In this document: piece after piece, positions 20,700 to 30,243 of the stretch
How positions within the stretch are numbered: the stretch's first letter is position 1
Layout: every line of letters begins with the position of its first letter
The notes under the pieces: model-generated
The model's input: only the letters and a program-made list of their open reading frames with translations
Told to the model about the DNA's origin: nothing
Databases searched by the model: none
From: Leptospira sp.
Lineage (GTDB): Bacteria > Spirochaetota > Leptospiria > Leptospirales > Leptospiraceae
Direction of reading: 5' to 3'
Length of the DNA stretch: 64,000 nucleotides
Assembly: GCA_034439575.1 (NCBI GenBank)
Contig: JAWXAQ010000036.1
Span: forward strand, 96,566-160,565
Made by a program: the position numbers and the translations under genes

Positions 20700-21060
20700 A
20701 TCTGTTTTGTGGCATTTTTCCAACTTAGTAGAATCAAAATCATTTCGATCTAGCTAAATATTCCAAAATCATTTATACCAAGGTAGCAATGGAGAATTTA
20801 CCAAGTGGTAGAAAGGCAAGTTTGAAGGCTTTCATGACAATCATGAAAGTACCAGATAACATATATGAAGTGGACGAAATCATATAATACTTTAGTTCTT
20901 GATTCAGCTGTCTTTTTTTTGCCAAAGCAAACTAACTTATACTAGAGAATTAATCTAATAAAAATAAAGGTTGGTTGTAAAGCGCTAGGTGATCCAAGCG
21001 ATTTAGATAAATAAATACCAAAATAGAAATACCGATTTTACCAAAAGTAATTTTTTCAGA
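20700..21060 (-). pseudogene. Possible decayed membrane-protein remnant
   Basis: Interrupted hydrophobic frames such as LAKKRQLNQELKYYMISSTSYMLSGTFMIVMKAFKLAFLPLGKFSIATLV*. Confidence 0.25.
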
Positions 21061-21108
21061 AGATTCAATATTGTATTTCCCACAAATTACAGGGATATCG
21101 TAAAGTAT

Positions 21109-21137
21109 TGTCACAATGCTTTAACCTGATTGTAACT
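21109..21137 (+). promoter_or_regulatory. Pho-box-like direct repeats
   Basis: TGTCACA, TTTAACC and TGTAACT at exact 11-bp period upstream of a phosphate transporter. Confidence 0.6.
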
Positions 21138-21208
21138 AAATAATTAAAATTAAAATTGTTACCTTCCATCGACTGTGTTCAGTAGTTTTAGAGCACACAA
21201 ATCACAAT

Positions 21209-23428
21209 ATGGAATTCAGCATTTTTTATTTTGTCTTAGTTTTAATGGTATTTTTAGCAATTTTTGATCTCATTGTTGGTGTTGCCAATGATGCAGTAAA
21301 TTTTACGAATTCCGCAATTGGATCTCGAGTCTCTTCCAAAAGAAGTATTCTAATCATTGCTTCATTAGGTGTTTTGTTAGGTGCCATGAGTTCCACTGGC
21401 ATGATGGAAGTGGCAAGAAAGGGAATTTTTAAACCCGAGTTATTTACTCTCGAAGCACTTGTTTATATTTTTTTATCAGTTATGATCACCGATGTTTTGT
21501 TATTGGATTTTTATAATACATTTGGATTGCCCACATCCACCACTGTTTCATTGGTGTTTGAACTTTTTGGGGCTTCTTTGATGATGGCTTACTTAACAAA
21601 ACCAGTCGGTGTCGACGCTTTTAGTTATATAAATTCAGAAAGTGCCATTAAAATAATTTCTGGAATTTTTATGAGTGTGATGATCGCCTTTTTCGTTGGC
21701 ATTGTGATACAAACTTTTTTGCGTATTATATTTTCATTTCAAATTGAAAAAACAATAAAGACCTTTGGTAGCCCATTTGCCGCTTTCAGTTCATCTATAC
21801 TTATATTTTTTATTATCATATCTGCCTTAAAGGGTTCACACCTAATTGATAAAGATTTTTTAACTTTTATAGAAACAAATTTATTCCTACTATTCTCTTT
21901 GGTGTTTTTAACTCTTTTGATATTTTTCCAATTATTGATTTGGTATCAAATCAACGTATTCAAAATCATTATTCTTTTTGGAACTTTTGCACTTGCTATG
22001 GCGTTTGCTAGTAACGACTTAGTCAATTTTGTCGGTGTGCCATTAGCAAGCATTAACGTTGTCCAATTAATTTTAGAATCTGGAAGTGCATTGGGCTTAG
22101 GTATCGCCTTAAGTGGGAAAGTACAAACACCACAAGTTTTTCTTTTGATTTCAGCTCTCATCATGATTGCTACATTAGTACTTTCGAAAAAAGCGGCATC
22201 CGTAACAAAAACAGAAATTTCTTTAGCGAGTGAAAAAACAGAAATCGAATTATTTACTTCGAATCAAGTTTCAAGACGAATTGTTAAAGTGTTTTTAGAG
22301 GTATGGAATTTTTTTAAAACGTTTACCCCCAGTTTCCTTACATCTTTTCTAAAATCTAGGTATGAAAAAATAGGTCACAAAAACAACAAAACCGAATCTT
22401 TTGATTTACTTCGAGCCAGCGTAAATGTTACCGCATCAAGTTTGTTAATATTAACAGGTACACTTTATAAATTGCCTTTATCGACAACATTCGTAACCTT
22501 TATGGTAGCCATGGGTACTTCTTTAGCAGATAGAGCTTGGGTTCGATATAATGCAGTGAATCGTGTTAGTGGTGTGCTTACTGTGATTGGTGGCTGGTTT
22601 CTGACTGCGATGATCACAACGATTTTAAGTGGTTTGATCGCTTTATCTTTTTACTCATTTGGATTTTATGCATTTATTTATATTTTGCCCATCTCATTCT
22701 TTTTGTTTGTTTCTTTTAATAAAATTCATAAATTAAGAATCAATTTAAGTAATGAATTCAGTTTACCATTAGAGGACATCAACTCAAATCCTAAATTAGC
22801 AATTCATTATATATTTGAACATCTAATGGAAAACATTCAAGATACTGATAAAATTCTCTCTTCAATTGTAAAATCTTTATCGACTGGAAAAAAATCACAC
22901 CAAAAAGGTTCCGGAAAAAAACTGGAAAGGCTTAGTTATTTATATGGTGCTTATATGGTCGGAATCGCTGAAGTAGACAATAGTGATTTTAACCAAACAG
23001 AGATTATTCATACATACAATTTAGAAAGTTCAATTCATAATTTCAGAAAACTAATAAACAATACTTTATCAATTCGTAAAAATGTTTTATACAAAATCGA
23101 TTTTCAATTTTCAGCTTTAAATGCAGAAGAGAAAGAAGACCTAAAAGAAATTAAAAACTTTATACAATCTATTTTTGATGAAATTCAAACTTTGGTTAAA
23201 AAAAGAAAACGCAATGAATCAAAGATCAAAGGCTTTAGAAAAGAGTTTTCAGTTCTCAAATTCAAAATTCATAGAAAACAAATCAAAAGATTAAAATCAA
23301 AAACTGCGCAAATGGCAGGCCTCGTTCCCTTTCTAACTATTGTGGAAGAACTTTTTGACTTTAGTCATCATTTGATCGAGTTGTATAATAACGTCGAACG
23401 CGTGTTACCTATTATGGATGAAGGTTAA
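21209..23428 (+). CDS. Inorganic phosphate transporter (PiT/PHO4) with helical C-terminal extension
   Basis: GVANDAVNF, GLPTSTT, FASNDLVNF, LPLSTT signature motifs. Confidence 0.88.
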   Translation: MEFSIFYFVLVLMVFLAIFDLIVGVANDAVNFTNSAIGSRVSSKRSILIIASLGVLLGAMSSTGMMEVARKGIFKPELFTLEALVYIFLSVMITDVLLLDFYNTFGLPTSTTVSLVFELFGASLMMAYLTKPVGVDAFSYINSESAIKIISGIFMSVMIAFFVGIVIQTFLRIIFSFQIEKTIKTFGSPFAAFSSSILIFFIIISALKGSHLIDKDFLTFIETNLFLLFSLVFLTLLIFFQLLIWYQINVFKIIILFGTFALAMAFASNDLVNFVGVPLASINVVQLILESGSALGLGIALSGKVQTPQVFLLISALIMIATLVLSKKAASVTKTEISLASEKTEIELFTSNQVSRRIVKVFLEVWNFFKTFTPSFLTSFLKSRYEKIGHKNNKTESFDLLRASVNVTASSLLILTGTLYKLPLSTTFVTFMVAMGTSLADRAWVRYNAVNRVSGVLTVIGGWFLTAMITTILSGLIALSFYSFGFYAFIYILPISFFLFVSFNKIHKLRINLSNEFSLPLEDINSNPKLAIHYIFEHLMENIQDTDKILSSIVKSLSTGKKSHQKGSGKKLERLSYLYGAYMVGIAEVDNSDFNQTEIIHTYNLESSIHNFRKLINNTLSIRKNVLYKIDFQFSALNAEEKEDLKEIKNFIQSIFDEIQTLVKKRKRNESKIKGFRKEFSVLKFKIHRKQIKRLKSKTAQMAGLVPFLTIVEELFDFSHHLIELYNNVERVLPIMDEG

Positions 23429-23454
23429 AGGGGAAACTTCGGTTTATCCTTTAA
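23425..23454 (+). terminator. Hairpin after the PiT gene
   Basis: TTAAAGG-GG-AAAC-TTCG-GTTT-AT-CCTTTAA, cUUCGg tetraloop. Confidence 0.6.
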
Positions 23455-23739
23455 ATTAGTATATTTAATTCGGGATAAATTATTAAGTTAATATATGTTA
23501 GGATATAATGAAGAAGGATTCACTCTCTACAAAAATTTCGGATTTTAAGCATTAGATAATTTTACTTTAGATTGAAATTCAAAGAAATTTGAATCTAAGT
23601 TTCGATAAAATAAAGTTTTAGAAAATGATAGGCAGTAATTAGCATTTGTTTGACAATAGTGCGTTGAACCTAATTTTGCTTGAGTCAAGTGCATGTCGGT
23701 AAAATTGGAATACAAAATGGGCACGAGCCTTAGAGAAAA

Positions 23740-24606
23740 ATGAAATACATAAAACAGCTTATCGCTTATTTAATTTTAGTCCTTATTTTTCAAAATTGTA
23801 ATAAGATAAATGAGATTGGTTATAGTCCAGCGTTAACTCCAGATTTGTTCCTTTCATCTCACCATTGGATGGATATTAAGATTGGGAATGATACGATAGT
23901 GCTTAGCCAGCCCACTTCTACCTTCTTTGTATATCTCTTGAGTTTTTTTTATTTATTTGTGGGCTATCAATTCTTCAGTGACCAGCGAAATCAAAAATCT
24001 CGTTATTATTGGGCATGGGGATTTTTTTTGACAGGTATCGCTGCAATTTTTGCAGGTACGAGCTATCAGGCATTTGGATACGAACTCAAATGTCGTGGGC
24101 GTGAATTTTGTCGATGGACAACATGGTGGGAAATTAATTATGAAATTCTACAAAATGCAGGTATGAATGGGTTTTTAATCGCCTTCGCCTATTCCAATGT
24201 TAATGGAAACTTAAGAAAGATACTGATTGGATACTCCATTGTCAATTTTCTAGTATATACCATACTCGTGTTATATGGGGCATTTGTACCATATCAGTTT
24301 TTTATATCTTTTGAATTTCTCGAGTTATCTTGTTTGCCTGCCGTTTTGTATTTTTTAGTGAGTTCAATTGTTTTGTATTTTAAACAAAAGGATCAAACTA
24401 ATAAATACCAACTCATTACTTGGATACTTTTAATCTTGGTAATGATTGCTTATGTTCTTTATATGGATCTAGGTATAACGGCGATTCTATGGGGTAGGGG
24501 CATTTGGTTTTCTGAGAATGATGTTTTACACGTTGCGCTGATTCTGTGGGTTTATTATATCCAATCAACGCTTTTGAAAGTTGTCAATGATGCAGAATCA
24601 GTATGA
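23740..24606 (+). CDS. Multi-pass membrane protein of unknown function
   Basis: 288 aa, about 7 hydrophobic segments, C-terminal FSENDVLH motif. Confidence 0.7.
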   Translation: MKYIKQLIAYLILVLIFQNCNKINEIGYSPALTPDLFLSSHHWMDIKIGNDTIVLSQPTSTFFVYLLSFFYLFVGYQFFSDQRNQKSRYYWAWGFFLTGIAAIFAGTSYQAFGYELKCRGREFCRWTTWWEINYEILQNAGMNGFLIAFAYSNVNGNLRKILIGYSIVNFLVYTILVLYGAFVPYQFFISFEFLELSCLPAVLYFLVSSIVLYFKQKDQTNKYQLITWILLILVMIAYVLYMDLGITAILWGRGIWFSENDVLHVALILWVYYIQSTLLKVVNDAESV

Positions 24607-24720
24607 TGTCAATTCGTATTTCTAGGACAATTTACAAAGACTAACGAGGATTCGTTTAGAGAAAAGGAGAAAATCTATGAAAGGTGCAGTATTATTTTCT
24701 ATATTAGATTCCTGTATAAA

Positions 24721-24918
24721 CTAAATCTGCTCTTTTACAAATCTTGGTGCTACGTTTGCTTTTTTATCTGAACCAAACAGCCTGATCAATTGTTTACGTG
24801 AAGATTCTTTGATTAATGTTTCAAGTGCGAGGTGAACCAATTTTGTTTTCTCTTGAATTCCAGTATACTTTGCCGCTTGTTCCATCAATTCATCAGAAAG
24901 ATTGATTGTTGTTTTCAT
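24721..24918 (-). CDS. vapB: VapB-family type II antitoxin (no adjacent toxin)
   Basis: MKTTINLSDELMEQA...TGIQEKTKLVHLALETLI, RHH VapB pattern. Confidence 0.75.
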   Translation of the reverse strand: MKTTINLSDELMEQAAKYTGIQEKTKLVHLALETLIKESSRKQLIRLFGSDKKANVAPRFVKEQI

Positions 24919-25002
24919 CGATTTTAGTATGGATCATTTATACAAACATGTCAATCGATTTTAGAATCCGTGTAATACGATTCGTCAGAACAACCAAACA
25001 CT

Positions 25003-25056
25003 GCGCCCCGGATCGACTGAGCGCCCTCGTCGAAGGAGAGCCGGAAATGTGCGCCC
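25003..25056 (+). repeat. Short GC-rich REP-like element
   Basis: GCGCCCCGGATCG...GGAGAGCCGG...GCGCCC in AT-rich context; related to 12388-12492. Confidence 0.55.
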
Positions 25057-25088
25057 AAAAAAAAAGAGAACAGCCGTTCTCCTTTTTT
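25057..25088. terminator. Bidirectional intrinsic terminator-like hairpin
   Basis: A-tract GAGAAC-AGCC-GTTCTC T-tract downstream of the minus-strand operon. Confidence 0.55.
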
Positions 25089-25117
25089 AACAATGCTTAA
25101 TTACCGTCTAATAGGTA

Positions 25118-25732
25118 TTAGTTTTGTTTGCCTTCGATGATCTGAAGTAAAGTAACAGTGGCTATGCCCAATCTTCGATCCAAAACTTTTCCAGAATCCA
25201 TAGAGAAATCAACCCGGAACTGCGGTAAAAAAGGGTTAAATGACTGTTTTAGAATCCCTATAGTGGTTCCTCCTGCTGTGATGAAAAATGTTTGTGGGAT
25301 GAGATTTGTGAGAAATCTCCGTAACAAAGCTTTAAAGATACTATCTTCAGCCACAAGAGCGATGACATTTCCAGATGCATCCAATACATCCCACTCATCT
25401 TTAAGAATTGATTTAAATCCCTTTCGGCGGAGAGACCCAACCTTTTCATTTGTTGCAGAATCAAAGACGTCGTAGGTTCCTGAAAAATCTACGATCGACT
25501 CGGTACGTATCTTCAATAATTCTTTTGTTTTTGACTCATCAGAAAAGATAGATATGTCTTCTTTTAGCTTGAAGGCTTTTTGTTTCACGAAAAAAAGGAT
25601 AGCATTTTGATTTTCATCAAATATCCGCAGTTCGCCGCCAAACACAGCAAGAAAAGACTTTTTAGAATAATATTTAGTTAATAGAAATGGATTCATACAT
25701 ATAAAATTTGGATCCATTTCTTTTTTCTTCAA
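25118..25732 (-). CDS. LURP-one/scramblase (Tubby-C)-like protein
   Basis: FVKQKAFKLKEDI, VGSLRRKGFKS, DEWDVLD, C-terminal helix LDRRLGIA; start may be 25696. Confidence 0.55.
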   Translation of the reverse strand: MKKKEMDPNFICMNPFLLTKYYSKKSFLAVFGGELRIFDENQNAILFFVKQKAFKLKEDISIFSDESKTKELLKIRTESIVDFSGTYDVFDSATNEKVGSLRRKGFKSILKDEWDVLDASGNVIALVAEDSIFKALLRRFLTNLIPQTFFITAGGTTIGILKQSFNPFLPQFRVDFSMDSGKVLDRRLGIATVTLLQIIEGKQN

Positions 25733-25788
25733 TCATTTTATTTATTTATTTGTTTGGAATGACCTAACAAAAAAGCAATTCATCATAT

Positions 25789-27057
25789 TTAACGATCATG
25801 GCCTATCACAAGAAAATTAAATACCCACATGAATGCGACAAAAAGAAGGATATAAATAAACGTAAATAAATTAAACAATTCCTTCTGACTAAAACTAGTG
25901 ATTATGGAAATTATGCCTACACCAAACATGGAACAGGTGTATAGCGGTAATAATTTTGGATATCTAGTTTTTTGAAACATATTACCCAATGGAGGCAATA
26001 TACCAAATGCTACGATTGACAATGAAATATAAGTAGAGTCTTTGAATAGCCCAGTGAGAACAATGCCGAGAATAAAAATAAGTATACTTACCGCTACTAG
26101 ATTTGAGCTCAACTTTTCTTTTTGAGATAGCAAATGAACTCCGAACGGATGGAGTCTGAGTATCAGATTTGATATCGGCTTTATGATCCAAGTTGAAAAC
26201 GCCAAAACACCCAAAATACCAATGATAGGATATAAGAACCATTGAAGATTTTCATTATGTTTCGCTATAGTTCTTAGTACCTTAACCAAAAACATATAAC
26301 CTAACAAAAAAGACCATTGGAATGTAGCGGTCAGATTATTTATAAAGAAGCTATATTTCAGAAAGATACGATAAATTAGATAACTAGACTTAAGCGACTC
26401 AGTCATTCCGTCTTTTGCATATTCAAAATCTGGATCGCGAGTTAGAGCCTCCCGGAAATGAATTTGTGCTTTTTTATAATCACCCTTTTCCAATAAACTC
26501 CAACCATAGTTGGCATGGGTGTAGGGGTCATTCGGATCATTTCTGAGTGCACCTTCGATCGTTTGAAAAGCTTCAGGACTTCGATTTAATTTAACTAATG
26601 CTTGGCTTCGGGCATTTAAAGATATTGAATCTTCTGCATCGATGGATAAGGCACGGTTCGAAATTTCCAGAGCGTCATTGAATTGTTTTTTTTGGAGTTT
26701 GATTTCGGCTAAAAATCCTAAATGAGATGCCACATCTGGATCTAGTTCGATCGCTTTCTTTATGTAGTTTTCTGCATCTGAGAAATTTTGTTGATTAAAT
26801 GATATTTCAGATTTCATTCTAAAAGTTTGAGATTCGTTAGGTGAAATCGAAATAGCATTATCAATAGCTATATGCGCCTTCGCATAATCTTTTTTTAATT
26901 GATATAGGTGAGCAAAGTAGATAAAAATATAAGAATCATTTGGATCTAAGGAAAGCATTTCAGATAACTCTGCTTCTGCCTTTGCATAATTTTTTTGTTT
27001 AAGATAAATTTCTACCTTTGCAAATCGATGTTCTGAATTCATAAATCTATCACTCAT
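25789..27057 (-). CDS. TPR-repeat protein with C-terminal multi-pass membrane domain
   Basis: About 6 TPRs (LDPN, ISPN, LDPD, NDPN, RDPD turns) then about 6-7 TM segments. Confidence 0.85.
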   Translation of the reverse strand: MSDRFMNSEHRFAKVEIYLKQKNYAKAEAELSEMLSLDPNDSYIFIYFAHLYQLKKDYAKAHIAIDNAISISPNESQTFRMKSEISFNQQNFSDAENYIKKAIELDPDVASHLGFLAEIKLQKKQFNDALEISNRALSIDAEDSISLNARSQALVKLNRSPEAFQTIEGALRNDPNDPYTHANYGWSLLEKGDYKKAQIHFREALTRDPDFEYAKDGMTESLKSSYLIYRIFLKYSFFINNLTATFQWSFLLGYMFLVKVLRTIAKHNENLQWFLYPIIGILGVLAFSTWIIKPISNLILRLHPFGVHLLSQKEKLSSNLVAVSILIFILGIVLTGLFKDSTYISLSIVAFGILPPLGNMFQKTRYPKLLPLYTCSMFGVGIISIITSFSQKELFNLFTFIYILLFVAFMWVFNFLVIGHDR

Positions 27058-28391
27058 TTTTTTATTTTTAAGTATTTTAAGATCTCGTCATATAACCCGG
27101 ATTCATTCGCAAATAAAGCATAGTTCTTTGCAGTTTGAAACCAATCCATAGTACTCGGATGGTGCTTTTTTATTGCATTCAAAAGATCTTTGGTTTCGAT
27201 AGGAGTAGGTATTCCATCTGCAAAGGATTTTTCTAATTTTTCTTCGATGGCTATATCTATCAAAGCATCGATATCAGCACCGGAATAATTTTCCGTTTTC
27301 TTTGCAAGTGCGGAAAAATCAATATTGGAAATAGGTTTTCCATTGAGTTTTAGTTTAAAAATAGATTCTCTGGATGTTTCATCAGGTGGTGACACGAAAA
27401 TAATTCGATCAAAACGACCGGGCCTTCTGAAAGCGGCATCTAAATTCCATGGTGCGTTTGTCGCGCCTATCACTAAAATCCCTTCATTCGAACCCTCTAT
27501 TCCATCTAACTCTTGTAAAAATTGATTGATCAAATGCCTGGAGTTAGATTGTTTCATATCACTTCGGCTGGCACCAAGAGCATCAATTTCATCGATAAAG
27601 AGTACGCATGGAGTGTTTGACCTAGCAAGTTCAAAGACAGAATTCAAATTCTTTTCGCTGTTTCCTATCCACATATCCAATATTTGGTTTAAGCTGATGT
27701 TTATGAATTTAGCATTCACTTGCCCTGCGGTAGCTTTAGCGATAAAGGTCTTTCCGCAACCAGGCGGACCGTATAACAAGATACCGCCGCCAATTTTTTT
27801 TCCATAAGCTTGGTATAATTCTGGGTGTAATAGGGGTTTGATGATCTTTAGATCTATTTCTTTTTTTACCCCTTCCATGCCACCGATATCAGAAAAATTG
27901 ATTTTTGGTTTTTCTATGAATCTAGGATCAAAGTCTTCTTCAATACTATCTTCCAAAGAATCCTCATCTAACTCAGTAGATTCGGAAAAAGGAACCTTTG
28001 CTTTTAATTGAATTTCTAATTCTTCATCAACATAATTTGGATCTATGGTTTGAGCTTTTCTATAAAATTCGATGGCTTTTGAGATTTGGTTTTCATGGTA
28101 CAATGCCTTGGCATACAATCCGAGGAGCTTCACATTTGTTTTATCTTTGTGAATCTCGTCTTCCAGAATCACACAACAGGCAGAATAATTTGATTTATGA
28201 AAGTAAGCGGTAGCTAAGCCAAGTTTCACCTTGGAATCATTTGTATATTTAAGTAAAACTAAATATTCAGATTCTGCTTCAGAAAAACGACCTAACTCAA
28301 TCAAGTTTTCTGCCAATAATAATCTTAAAGGTACGTTATCTGGTGATAATTTTAATGCTTCTTTTAAGCTAACAATCGTTTCCGAATTCAT
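27054..28391 (-). CDS. Classical AAA ATPase with N-terminal TPRs
   Basis: GPPGCGKT, DMWIGNSEK pore loop, LFIDEID, ATNAPWNLDAAFRRPGRFD. Confidence 0.9.
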   Translation of the reverse strand: MNSETIVSLKEALKLSPDNVPLRLLLAENLIELGRFSEAESEYLVLLKYTNDSKVKLGLATAYFHKSNYSACCVILEDEIHKDKTNVKLLGLYAKALYHENQISKAIEFYRKAQTIDPNYVDEELEIQLKAKVPFSESTELDEDSLEDSIEEDFDPRFIEKPKINFSDIGGMEGVKKEIDLKIIKPLLHPELYQAYGKKIGGGILLYGPPGCGKTFIAKATAGQVNAKFINISLNQILDMWIGNSEKNLNSVFELARSNTPCVLFIDEIDALGASRSDMKQSNSRHLINQFLQELDGIEGSNEGILVIGATNAPWNLDAAFRRPGRFDRIIFVSPPDETSRESIFKLKLNGKPISNIDFSALAKKTENYSGADIDALIDIAIEEKLEKSFADGIPTPIETKDLLNAIKKHHPSTMDWFQTAKNYALFANESGLYDEILKYLKIKK

Positions 28392-28523
28392 TGAGACATT
28401 TTTTAACTCGGAATTGAAAAATCTAGCAGAATATTTTAATACGCCGTGGAAATCTTTACTTCCACCTTAAACCAAAAAAAATTTGTGGCTGAAGGATTTG
28501 AGCAAATCGCCGAAAATGAATAA

Positions 28524-28919
28524 ATGGATAACGACAAAAAGATAGAATTTATACTTAGAGAATTGATCGATAAGAATGATACTTCTCAGATACCAAATGT
28601 TTTCTCAAAGGAATATATTGTTCATACTTCTAAAAAAGATTATCATGGGCACAAAATCATAGTTAAATGGATAAAAGACTTAAATAATTTTTTTTCTGAT
28701 TTGAAAGTTGTCAAAATTCAATTTTTGGTTCAGACGAATGAGTTTATTGTTTGGAAACGAACCATTAAGGGAAAAATTAAACCTTCCAAAAATAAAAATC
28801 TGAAACCAGGCAAATTGATAAAGTGGGAAGAAATGATTGTGAGTAAATTCAAAGAAGGCCTAATTATGGAAGAGTGGAATAATTCGGAATTTCTTGGAAG
28901 TTTAATCTATAAAAAATAA
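28524..28919 (+). CDS. SnoaL-like/ester cyclase family protein
   Basis: FSDLKV...IVWKR...GKLIKWEEMIVSKFKEGLIMEEW NTF2-like pattern. Confidence 0.7.
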   Translation: MDNDKKIEFILRELIDKNDTSQIPNVFSKEYIVHTSKKDYHGHKIIVKWIKDLNNFFSDLKVVKIQFLVQTNEFIVWKRTIKGKIKPSKNKNLKPGKLIKWEEMIVSKFKEGLIMEEWNNSEFLGSLIYKK

Positions 28920-28939
28920 TTTCAGTGTATAATTTATTC

Positions 28940-29299
28940 TTATCTTAAAATTTTTTCCAAAGCTTTCCCTTTTGCTAATTCATCCACAAGTTTGTCCAAA
29001 TATCTGACTTGCTTGGTTATAGGATTTTTGATTTCTTCAATTCGATAACCGCATATCATTCCTTTGATGAGGTGTGCATTTTCATTTATTTTTGCTTTTT
29101 CAAAGAAAGATTGGAAATTCACTTTTTTATCGATGAGTTCTTTTATTTTTTTATCGTTATAAGAAGTTAGCCATTCAATCACTTGCAGAAGTTCTTTTTG
29201 AGTTCTGCCCTTTTTTTCTATTTTTGCAAGATAAAGGGGATAAACACTAGCAAAAGTCATTTTCGCCATTTTTTCGTTATGTTCTGATGTAGGTTCCAT
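28940..29299 (-). CDS. DUF2200-family protein
   Basis: FASVYPLY, KKGRT, ICGYRIEEI, RYLDKLVDELAKG. Confidence 0.85.
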   Translation of the reverse strand: MEPTSEHNEKMAKMTFASVYPLYLAKIEKKGRTQKELLQVIEWLTSYNDKKIKELIDKKVNFQSFFEKAKINENAHLIKGMICGYRIEEIKNPITKQVRYLDKLVDELAKGKALEKILR

Positions 29300-29303
29300 A
29301 GTG

Positions 29304-29747
29304 TTAAAGTTCTTCTGCTAAGCCGATTAAAAGTCCTTCAGCTCCGCGAATATAACAAAGCCGATACATGTCTTCATATTGCACTACTTCGCCAACTAGA
29401 GTGGCACCATGTTTGGCGAGTCTGGAAACCAACTCATCAATGTTTTCGACTGTGAACATAACGCGTAGATAACCGAGGGAGTTTACTGGAGCCGTACGGT
29501 GATCTGAAATAATTGGTGGATTGAGATACTTTGCAAGTTCAATTTTACTGTGGCCATCTGGAGTAACCATCATCGCAATCTCGACTTTCTGAGAGCTAAG
29601 TCCGGTTACGCGACCAGCCCATTCACCTTCAATTATCGCTCTTCCTTGGAGATTCAAACCTATCTCTTCAAAAAATGAGATCACATCATCCAAAGAATTT
29701 ACAACAATACTGACATTGTCCATTCTAAGTAATTTGTTTTTTGCCAT
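29304..29747 (-). CDS. VOC/glyoxalase-family protein
   Basis: RMDNVSIVV, DGHSKIEL, YRLCYIRG; ATG 29747 preceded by AGGAG. Confidence 0.85.
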   Translation of the reverse strand: MAKNKLLRMDNVSIVVNSLDDVISFFEEIGLNLQGRAIIEGEWAGRVTGLSSQKVEIAMMVTPDGHSKIELAKYLNPPIISDHRTAPVNSLGYLRVMFTVENIDELVSRLAKHGATLVGEVVQYEDMYRLCYIRGAEGLLIGLAEEL

Positions 29748-30191
29748 AGATTTATCTCCTTTTGTATTCAAACTGATTCGCACATGATGATTCTATTTGG
29801 AAACTATAAATTCCTTCCAGACAAAACATTCTTCACGGTATAGAATCTTAAAATTTTTAAAGGTATTTGATTTTAATATCTTGGTTGAATTCTTTTTTTA
29901 AAAATTCTGCGGCCAATCTTTGGTGGCAATAATGAGGTTTCTCTTCACTGCAAAGAAAACACGAATGTTCAAAGTTATATGAGTTTGTTTTTATTTGGTT
30001 AAATCGACCTTTTAGTAAGATTAAATATTCTTCTTCATAATTATATCAGTCGCCTTTTAAATCTACCTAACATATCTTGCGTCGGTGCATATAAAGTTAA
30101 ATGATAGTAGTCAATATTTACTATTTATATACCTACTAGTTTTTTGGTCTGAAATTTACTCATTGATTAATTTTGGAGAAAAACATTTTCA

Positions 30192-30220
30192 TGAACGAGC
30201 CATCTCCCTTAGCTCGTTCA
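30192..30220. terminator. Inverted repeat downstream of the lipoprotein gene
   Basis: TGAACGAGC-N11-GCTCGTTCA. Confidence 0.45.
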
Positions 30221-30243
30221 AATGTTTCATATATTTGATGGAG

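Noticed and set aside
24906-25100. 64-aa ORF as a possible toxin partner of VapB
   Set aside because: Opposite strand, no PIN motif, runs through a repeat and a terminator
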